A stretch of DNA of 32,361 nt from IMG/VR virus record IMGVR_UViG_3300006482_000007, positions 1-32,361 of that record; one strand, given 5' to 3'. The position numbers were made by a program, and so were the translations under genes. This document shows, one piece after another, positions 25,861-32,361 of this stretch; position 1 is the first letter of the stretch, and each line of letters starts with the position of its first letter. The notes beneath the pieces were generated by a model. That model ran no database searches. It was not told where the DNA came from and was given only the letters and a program-made list of their open reading frames with translations. The DNA comes from a virus. Lineage: Duplodnaviria > Caudoviricetes.

Positions 25861-28800
25861 ATGCTTACAGATATAGATAAGGAGTTTGACACTCCTATTG
25901 AAGATGAAAATGGAGAGCTTATAGAAACAATTGAAGAGGATGATGTATTCATAGAAGAAGATTTAGGATTAGAAGAACAACCAGATTCATTCTATGAAGT
26001 TGAAGATGATATCGTTATTGAAGGTGAAGAGGAAGAAGAAATTTACAGTATTCAAGAAGTTACAGTAGAAGCAAAGGAAAATTACGAGAATGTAAAAGAA
26101 CAACTAGTAGCTACATTCACATCGATACTTGAAAAGGGAGAAATTACTGCTGAAGATAACGTAGAAATTGAGCAACTGAAAGAGGAATATACACAAGCAT
26201 ATAATGACATAAAAGAAAATGTAGAAGGTGAACCAAATAAAGCATTAGAAGAAAGAGTACAAGAGTTAGAAGATGGAATGGTTGGATCTAAGCCAGATGA
26301 AATTTTAGCAATACTAACTGATAATGGAAGAAAACCTTGGCTTTATACTGATGAAGATAATAATGTTCTTATGGATGGAACTGCTATTCCAGAACTTACT
26401 GTTTTAGCACAAAAGCTAAGTTTAATAGCAACTGATGGAGATGATGAATCAAGTATAGTATTAACACCAACCATGATACAGATGATTGCAGAATCTGATA
26501 TACAACTTAGCGCTAAAAAAATATTAATTAATGGATTGCTGGAAGGAAAAGGATGGAGAGTAACTGAAGAAGGTATTTTAGATATAAAAGAACTTAATGC
26601 TGTTAAGGCTACTATAGGTACACTTGAAGCAGATGAAATAATAGCTGATATTATTCATGGTAATACAGCTGATATAGGTGATTTGACTGCTGATATAGGT
26701 AAAATAGAAACATTAGTTGGTGGAAACTTAACTATGGATAATATAGCATCATTAATACTAACAAGTAAAAAAGTAACTGTTGAGGATGCATTTATAAAAA
26801 ATGCAATGATAGAAAGTGTTAGTGCTGCTAAGATAAACACTGGGGTATTAAACACTAATTTAGTAAATATTCAAAGTGCTGATGGTAGTTTACTATTAAA
26901 TGGAACTTTACAGCAATTTAAAGATGCAAATGGTAAAGTAAGAATTCAAATGGGAAAAGATGCACAAGGTAATTTTACTTTTGGATTATTCGATTCAACT
27001 GGTACAGGCACACTAATAGATTCAACTGGTATTACAGAAAAAGCTATTGGTGACGGTATAATAGTTGATAAAATGATTGGGGATAATGCTAATATTAATA
27101 GTTCAAAATTAGATGTAGATTCCATAGTAACATCTATTAATGGGGGTACTACTTCTATTAAAGGAAGTAAGATAAAATTAGATACTCAAAATCAAACATT
27201 AGATGTAGCATTTGATACTATGAATACCACTGTAACTGAAACAGGTAAAACAGTAGAATCACAAGGTACTAGTATTGAGACTATGCAAGGAGAAATTAAA
27301 ACACTAATTACTAACACTACTATTACAGAGGGTGAAACTACAACAACTATTAAAGACGCATACTCAAGTTTAAAACAAGATGTTGACGAATATGGAGTTT
27401 CGTTAAAATCAGTAGAATCAGATTTTAGGAGTATGGAAATAGGTGGTAGTAATATTTTAGATAATGCTGACTTTGCAAAAGACTATGCTAGTTGGAGTAA
27501 ATCACATAGTTGTAATCATTATATAATAACAGGTGGTTCGTTCTCTAATTTAAATGACAAGGCAATGAAGATAGAAATTAGTGCTAACCAAACATATGGA
27601 ATGATGACGCAAACACATACACTAGTACCAAACCAAAAATATACTGTTAGTTGCTATATGTTACTAGATGGCACGTTTAGTTCAGCTAAAGCTGGTATTA
27701 GATTATATTATATGAATAATGGGTGGAATAATATAAATTCATATTCATTTATAACTACTGAACAACTAGGTAAGTGGACAAAATTATCTGTAACATTTAC
27801 ACCTAATTCAACATACCCAGAGACAGTGATAACATTCGGATTAAATGGTGTTGCTGGTCAATTCTGTTATGTTACAATTCCTCAACTAGAAAAAGGTACA
27901 ATAGCAACTGATTTTAAGGTAAAATCTGGTGATATTACATCATCTATGGATTCACTAGGAACTAGAGTTAAGGATGCAGAAAGTAAATTAACATTGAATG
28001 GTCTTACAACTATAATAAAAGACGCTTATATAACACCTAATCAATTAAGTAGTAAAGGGTATGCAACTACTTCAGATGTTACTCAATCAGTTAATAGTTG
28101 GGTTGCTAAGTTTAATGAATCTGGTGGGTACAACTTATTTTATAATGGTAACTTCAAAGGTGAATTTAATCAGTGGGGTAATAGTGGAAGTAACATTATA
28201 GTTAAAGATGTATCATGTCCTACTAATCCAACTGCGGTAAAATTAGTAGGAGTTACAGGTGCAAGTAAAGCTGTATATCAATCTGTGGGAAGTATGGAAG
28301 AACCATTAAATATAGATAAACCTTTAGTTATATCTATGTGGGGGTATGTGACTAGAGCAGGTACTAACGGAACAACTAATCCATATTTGGGATACGCATT
28401 TACCCTTACATATACAGATGGAACTAAAACATATCCCGGCGGTAATCTTACTGAAAAAGGGTATGATAAATGGAGTAGATATACGTCTATATTAACTCCT
28501 ACAACTGGTAAAAAAATAGCAAAGATTGAATTCCAAGTATTATTAAGAGATAGTACAAAAACTATGTATGCTACAGATATTATATTAAGTATAGGTTCTA
28601 CGGAAGTACCTTTCGCATGTAATCCAAATGAAGCATATGATGGCGTAACTAGAATAGATAAGAGTGGAATTAGAGTATCTCAATCTAATTACAATGGTTA
28701 CACAAACATGAGAGCTGATGGATTTTACCTTAACGATGGTAAGGGTTTAGATGTAATAAAATGCGATAGTAATGGATTATATGTTAAAGGTCAAATACAT

Positions 28801-30831
28801 GTAACTACTGGTTATATATCAGATGAAGCCTTTGCTGGAACTACTGTAGACGGTAAATATATTAAGACTAATTCAATACTAACTAAACATTTAGCTATAG
28901 GAGACTTTAGTAATTATTGTCCTGTAACTCCAGATAATTGTAGTCAATTCGGATATACAAAAAAAGTTGATACGGTAAATGGTGATTGGGTTCAATTTGA
29001 TAATTTACGAAGAGACATAGCATTATGTACTAATGGTGTATCTGAGTATAGCGGTAATGTTTCCGGAACATATAGAATATCGTTCACTATGTCTTCAACA
29101 GCACAATGTGCACTAAATCAAGATGGAACGAATATAGGATATGTTAATATAGCAATAGGGCTATATACAATAAATAATGATGGAAGTAAAGGATATTATA
29201 CAGCTGGAGGCACTGCAACAAAATCTGACGCCACAGGTTCAATTAAAAAATATACCGCTACTGTAACACTTCCAGAGAACACTAAATCATTCGGAGTATA
29301 TTTACAACATGCGGGTTGGACTAATTTTACAGGTGTTACAAAAATTAAAGACGTAATTATAAATAAAATGATGAGTGGTTCTTTAATAGTAGACGGTGCT
29401 ATTGATGGTAAAACCATAAGAGGTGCTGAAATAATAGGTGGAGAGATTAAAAGTATTGCTACAAACGAAGAAGGCAATCCTATATTTAGTTTATCTTCTG
29501 ATGGTAGAATAGCTGGTTTTTATATAGATTGTTATGGTTTGAACGTTGAAGGTGATATATCAGCAGATACTTTAAGCATAAATAGCATAAATAACTCTAG
29601 ATATCCTCAAGCATTGGATGAAGATGTTACAGTGTATATTAATGCATCAGTAATAAGTGATGAAGATATGTTTGATGGTGCTAAATTTTCGTGTATGGAA
29701 GATTTATTTGCAGTAGCACCAAGAAATCTTAATGGATATACAATATTTATAATATTTGAAACTGATTATACTGGTAATATAAATTTAAGTGCATTTAACA
29801 GTGGTACATGCTATTTATATCTACAAAAACATACAATAAGAGGTTATATAAGTTGCTATGGTAGATCTATGAGATTTGCAATATATGGAAATATTAGAGG
29901 CACTGAAGGTGGCTCAGCTAACTGTGCTAATATCAAACCACCTAAGGGAAGAAGTATGTCTGGCTATGCATATTCTTTAATATGCGATTATACAACTATG
30001 ACTGCATATGATTTAAATATATATCCAGGTGTTGATACTTCAGTTACTCCAAGTGGTATAATAGTAACTAATTTATCCAGTGCTTATTTAAATAATATAA
30101 ATGCAGTAGGAAAGCCACAGCATTTAGTTAGAAGTCATAGTACATCACAAGTTTATATAGCTGAATCAAGTGGATTAGCTTCTGGAAATGCATTTAGTGC
30201 TGTTTCTGGTTCTATTCAATGTTTAAATCCAGTAAATCAAGCTGGAAGTTCAATAGGAAAACCAACATACACAAGTGGTAACGCACAAATATTTTCAAGT
30301 GGAGTTACATTTGCACAAGCTGATAACAGTGGCTCAAATGATTCAGGATCTAGCACTACAGAAGTTACTACAGTTACATTGAAAGCAAATAGTGGTGATA
30401 CATACCGTCGTACAGTATATAAATCATGGAAGAAAGATGGTACAGTTAGACAAGGTGATTATGGTTATGGTGATTGTGATGGTTTCTGGTTCTTTGGTTC
30501 ACAAATTAGTAATTACACAGGTAAAAATATTACTAAAGTTGCAATAACTATTAAAAGAAATACAGGTGCAGGAAATTCACAACCAGTTACTCATACTTTA
30601 GTAGGACATAAATATTCTAGCAGACCAAGTGGTACACCTGATGCTATGGGAAGTGTTATAAGAAGCTCATTTAACTTATCACAAGGAAGTAGTGTAACTT
30701 TAAACTTAACAGCTGCTGAAATAGCTATATTTAAAAAATATAAAGGCATTGGATTAAAAGCTCCATATAGTCCTGGTTATTATTCTTCTTGTTCAGCTTC
30801 TTGTACAGTTAAAATAACATATGAAGATTAG
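25861..30831 (+). CDS. Tail fibre / receptor-binding protein with CBM-like modules
   Basis: 1656 aa following Tal; beta-helix-like I.A.KI..G repeats, coiled-coil segments, and modules beginning GGSNILDNADF and GGYNLFYNGNF typical of carbohydrate-binding inserts. Confidence 0.8.
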   Translation: MLTDIDKEFDTPIEDENGELIETIEEDDVFIEEDLGLEEQPDSFYEVEDDIVIEGEEEEEIYSIQEVTVEAKENYENVKEQLVATFTSILEKGEITAEDNVEIEQLKEEYTQAYNDIKENVEGEPNKALEERVQELEDGMVGSKPDEILAILTDNGRKPWLYTDEDNNVLMDGTAIPELTVLAQKLSLIATDGDDESSIVLTPTMIQMIAESDIQLSAKKILINGLLEGKGWRVTEEGILDIKELNAVKATIGTLEADEIIADIIHGNTADIGDLTADIGKIETLVGGNLTMDNIASLILTSKKVTVEDAFIKNAMIESVSAAKINTGVLNTNLVNIQSADGSLLLNGTLQQFKDANGKVRIQMGKDAQGNFTFGLFDSTGTGTLIDSTGITEKAIGDGIIVDKMIGDNANINSSKLDVDSIVTSINGGTTSIKGSKIKLDTQNQTLDVAFDTMNTTVTETGKTVESQGTSIETMQGEIKTLITNTTITEGETTTTIKDAYSSLKQDVDEYGVSLKSVESDFRSMEIGGSNILDNADFAKDYASWSKSHSCNHYIITGGSFSNLNDKAMKIEISANQTYGMMTQTHTLVPNQKYTVSCYMLLDGTFSSAKAGIRLYYMNNGWNNINSYSFITTEQLGKWTKLSVTFTPNSTYPETVITFGLNGVAGQFCYVTIPQLEKGTIATDFKVKSGDITSSMDSLGTRVKDAESKLTLNGLTTIIKDAYITPNQLSSKGYATTSDVTQSVNSWVAKFNESGGYNLFYNGNFKGEFNQWGNSGSNIIVKDVSCPTNPTAVKLVGVTGASKAVYQSVGSMEEPLNIDKPLVISMWGYVTRAGTNGTTNPYLGYAFTLTYTDGTKTYPGGNLTEKGYDKWSRYTSILTPTTGKKIAKIEFQVLLRDSTKTMYATDIILSIGSTEVPFACNPNEAYDGVTRIDKSGIRVSQSNYNGYTNMRADGFYLNDGKGLDVIKCDSNGLYVKGQIHVTTGYISDEAFAGTTVDGKYIKTNSILTKHLAIGDFSNYCPVTPDNCSQFGYTKKVDTVNGDWVQFDNLRRDIALCTNGVSEYSGNVSGTYRISFTMSSTAQCALNQDGTNIGYVNIAIGLYTINNDGSKGYYTAGGTATKSDATGSIKKYTATVTLPENTKSFGVYLQHAGWTNFTGVTKIKDVIINKMMSGSLIVDGAIDGKTIRGAEIIGGEIKSIATNEEGNPIFSLSSDGRIAGFYIDCYGLNVEGDISADTLSINSINNSRYPQALDEDVTVYINASVISDEDMFDGAKFSCMEDLFAVAPRNLNGYTIFIIFETDYTGNINLSAFNSGTCYLYLQKHTIRGYISCYGRSMRFAIYGNIRGTEGGSANCANIKPPKGRSMSGYAYSLICDYTTMTAYDLNIYPGVDTSVTPSGIIVTNLSSAYLNNINAVGKPQHLVRSHSTSQVYIAESSGLASGNAFSAVSGSIQCLNPVNQAGSSIGKPTYTSGNAQIFSSGVTFAQADNSGSNDSGSSTTEVTTVTLKANSGDTYRRTVYKSWKKDGTVRQGDYGYGDCDGFWFFGSQISNYTGKNITKVAITIKRNTGAGNSQPVTHTLVGHKYSSRPSGTPDAMGSVIRSSFNLSQGSSVTLNLTAAEIAIFKKYKGIGLKAPYSPGYYSSCSASCTVKITYED

Positions 30832-30858
30832 AAATAATATTATGGGAGGGTATTAAAT

Positions 30859-31110
30859 ATGGAACCAACACAGATTTTAAATCAAGTATACAAGCAAGAG
30901 GTAGCAAATGCAATTGAGCAAAAGGTGTTATTTCAAACTCAATTAGAAATATCAAGGGAGGCAATAAAGCAAAAGGATAATGAAATAAAACAGTTAAAAG
31001 AGGAAAATTTAAAATTTAAAAATGAAATTGAAGCTTTACAATGTGAGCAAGCATATTTAGATGATAAGATTGAACAAATGGAAGGTGAGCAAGAATGTAC
31101 GGAAAATTAA
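30859..31110 (+). CDS. Small coiled-coil protein, tail-fibre associated
   Basis: RBS GGAGGG; heptad pattern; position after the fibre gene. Confidence 0.7.
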   Translation: MEPTQILNQVYKQEVANAIEQKVLFQTQLEISREAIKQKDNEIKQLKEENLKFKNEIEALQCEQAYLDDKIEQMEGEQECTEN

Positions 31111-31439
31111 TAAATGGCGTATTACATACACCACCAAAAGATTTAGTAACTCCGGATGATAAAGTTATTATAGATTTTGACACTAACGAAGAATTACTAA
31201 AACAAATGGGATATAAATTAGTTACTAGAAATATACCAGAATATGACCCTACAACGCAAAAACTAATATTAGGGAGTTATATAGAAGAGGACAATAATAT
31301 AATAATAAACTATATTGTAGCAACTATACCAGTTGACCCTAAAGAATTAATAGAAAAGAAATTTAAAGAACTTGAAGATGAAAATGAATTTCTTAAAAAT
31401 TGCTTACTTGAAATGAGTGAGATTGTATACGGTGGTTAG
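31095..31439 (+). CDS. Hypothetical tail-fibre accessory protein
   Basis: PEYDPTTQKL motif and C-terminal LKNCLLEMSEIVY, typical of genes between fibre and lysis modules. Confidence 0.7.
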   Translation: MYGKLINGVLHTPPKDLVTPDDKVIIDFDTNEELLKQMGYKLVTRNIPEYDPTTQKLILGSYIEEDNNIIINYIVATIPVDPKELIEKKFKELEDENEFLKNCLLEMSEIVYGG

Positions 31440-31479
31440 ACACCTATTATATAAAATACTATTTGGAGGAGGTGAAGAC

Positions 31480-31611
31480 ATGATGGCTATGTTATGGGCA
31501 CAGGAAATAATGTGCGGAAATAAAACTTTTTCACAGGTACCTAAGTTATTGAAGGAACCAGTAAAAACTGTATTAATAAATTCTGGATGTGAAGAACTAA
31601 TTGTAGAATAG
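31480..31611 (+). CDS. CD1375/XkdX-like small protein (43 aa)
   Basis: RBS GGAGGTG fits ATG 31480; MMAMLWAQEIMCGNKTFSQVPKLLKEPVK motif. Confidence 0.7.
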   Translation: MMAMLWAQEIMCGNKTFSQVPKLLKEPVKTVLINSGCEELIVE

Positions 31612-31621
31612 TTCTTTTTTT
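31592..31621 (+). terminator. Intrinsic terminator
   Basis: AAGAACTA...TAGTTCTT followed by TTTTT. Confidence 0.6.
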
Positions 31622-31651
31622 ATTGCGCAATTTGTATCAATTACACAATAA

Positions 31652-31680
31652 GTTTATATAACCTAAATAGTGTCAATAAT
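31652..31680 (+). promoter_or_regulatory. sigmaF-like promoter candidate
   Basis: GTTTA (31652-56), 15 nt, GTCAATAAT (31672-80); fits GYWTA-N15-GgnrAnAnT. Confidence 0.35.
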
Positions 31681-31698
31681 CACTACCGAGGTGATTAT

Positions 31699-31800
31699 AT
31701 GAATATCTTATTGTACGTTGCTTTAATTCTATGTCTGATAGGTGTGGCCGTTGGTGTTTTATCATTTATAGGGATAGTGATACTTTATAGAAGTTTATAG
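31699..31800 (+). CDS. 33-aa single-pass membrane peptide (not in ORF track)
   Basis: RBS GAGGTG at 31688-93; MNILLYVALILCLIGVAVGVLSFIGIVILYRSL. Confidence 0.65.
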   Translation: MNILLYVALILCLIGVAVGVLSFIGIVILYRSL

Positions 31801-31801
31801 A

Positions 31802-31827
31802 AGGAATATTCTCCTAATATGTAGAAT
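31802..31827 (+). promoter_or_regulatory. sigmaH-like promoter for the Cys-rich moron
   Basis: AGGA (31802-05), 18 nt, GAAT (31824-27); same GTAGAATT -10 as the promoter at 3710-3734. Confidence 0.5.
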
Positions 31828-31863
31828 TAGTTAGAAAAATATATATTATGGGGGTATTTAATT

Positions 31864-32091
31864 ATGAGTAAGTTTAAATTGATTCCAAATGGGGTGTGTC
31901 GTTGTCGTATTTGTGAAAAGGATTATAATTTGGAAGGAAAAGAGAGTGAAATAGAAACCTGCCTATGTGGAACTACAAGCGTTGACAATGGTAAATTAAT
32001 AGATACCGATGTTGAAGTGATATGGAATTGTACAGGGTGTGGTTTCAAAAATAAAGATATTAAAAGGTTTGAAATACAATCAGAAAAATAA
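31864..32091 (+). CDS. Cys-rich putative zinc-binding protein, moron
   Basis: CRCRIC, CLCG and CTGCG motifs; flanked by its own promoter and terminator. Confidence 0.65.
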   Translation: MSKFKLIPNGVCRCRICEKDYNLEGKESEIETCLCGTTSVDNGKLIDTDVEVIWNCTGCGFKNKDIKRFEIQSEK

Positions 32092-32116
32092 ATAACTCTA
32101 AAGAGTATGATGAATC

Positions 32117-32145
32117 AAAAGGATCTAATTAATTAGGTCCTTTTT
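32117..32145 (+). terminator. Intrinsic terminator
   Basis: AAAAGGATCTAA-TTAA-TTAGGTCCTTTT followed by T. Confidence 0.7.
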
Positions 32146-32169
32146 AAATGCAAAGAAAGTGAGGTTTAT

Positions 32170-32361
32170 ATGTCAGATGATGCATTACAAGAGGTAAGAG
32201 AAAGACTTATTAAAATTGAAGTACTTTTAGAAAATATGTCACAAAATAATAATCTAAAAGATGAATTGCTAGAAGAAAAAATAAAAGTAGCAAATAATAG
32301 AATTTCTGATTTAGAAAATTCAAATACATGGATATGGAGAGCAATAGCTGGAGCTTTAATT
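32170..32361 (+). CDS. XhlA-like (haemolysin/holin-associated) lysis protein, 3'-truncated by the window
   Basis: RBS GAGG; MSDDALQEVRERLIKIEVLL...KVANNRISDLENSNTWIWRAIAGALI, a coiled coil followed by a W..R.I.GA transmembrane start. Confidence 0.75.
   Translation, partial: MSDDALQEVRERLIKIEVLLENMSQNNNLKDELLEEKIKVANNRISDLENSNTWIWRAIAGALI

Noticed and set aside
330..29477. Minus-strand ORFs in the track (e.g. 330..710, 14452..15057, 17869..18468) and alternate-frame ORF 9079..9273
   Set aside because: They overlap well-supported plus-strand genes (3223..3444 also overlaps the leader hairpins), lack RBSs and show the Ser/Phe/Ile-rich composition of antisense shadows.
31417..31479. Longer 64-aa version of the CD1375-like ORF
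   Set aside because: The strong RBS GGAGGTG points to ATG 31480; the upstream extension overlaps the previous gene and encodes the RBS itself.
25861..32361. Diversity-generating retroelement or invertible tail-fibre cassette
   Set aside because: No reverse transcriptase or invertase gene and no visible ~100-nt repeat of the fibre 3' end within the window.
1..32361. Alternative genetic code or stop-codon reassignment
   Set aside because: Genes are full length and densely packed under code 11, and TAA, TAG and TGA all serve as normal stops.

Overview
AT-rich, all plus-strand segment of a temperate siphovirus (probably a prophage) of a spore-forming clostridial host. The host is inferred to be Peptostreptococcaceae-like from an L27-type LNMNLQLLA motif. 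Gene order: end of the early/middle region (small ORFs, an unannotated 38-aa Spo0E-like protein, MazG-like protein, RinA/ArpU-type late activator); late promoter with four 11-bp repeats and a ~550-nt structured leader containing two tRNA-elbow-like elements; YfbU-family moron; terS-terL-portal; DEDDh exonuclease; MuF minor capsid protein with a C-terminal toxin-like extension and a candidate immunity gene; scaffold, capsid, head-tail joining genes and tail tube; tail chaperones with a lambda-type GGGAAAG -1 frameshift; tape measure gene; SH3-decorated Dit; multi-enzyme Tal; 1656-aa tail fibre; small morons; start of an XhlA-like lysis gene. The clearest hidden feature is a 1026-nt group I intron (15173-16198) that splits the tape measure gene. 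It carries an HNH endonuclease in its P5 loop, and that ORF appears to have its own sigmaA promoter and terminator inside the intron. Further themes are about eight intrinsic terminators inside the late operon (suggesting antitermination) and several sporulation-linked signals (Spo0E-like ORF, sigmaH-like and sigmaF-like moron promoters). All family calls come from motif recognition by eye; no database searches were run.
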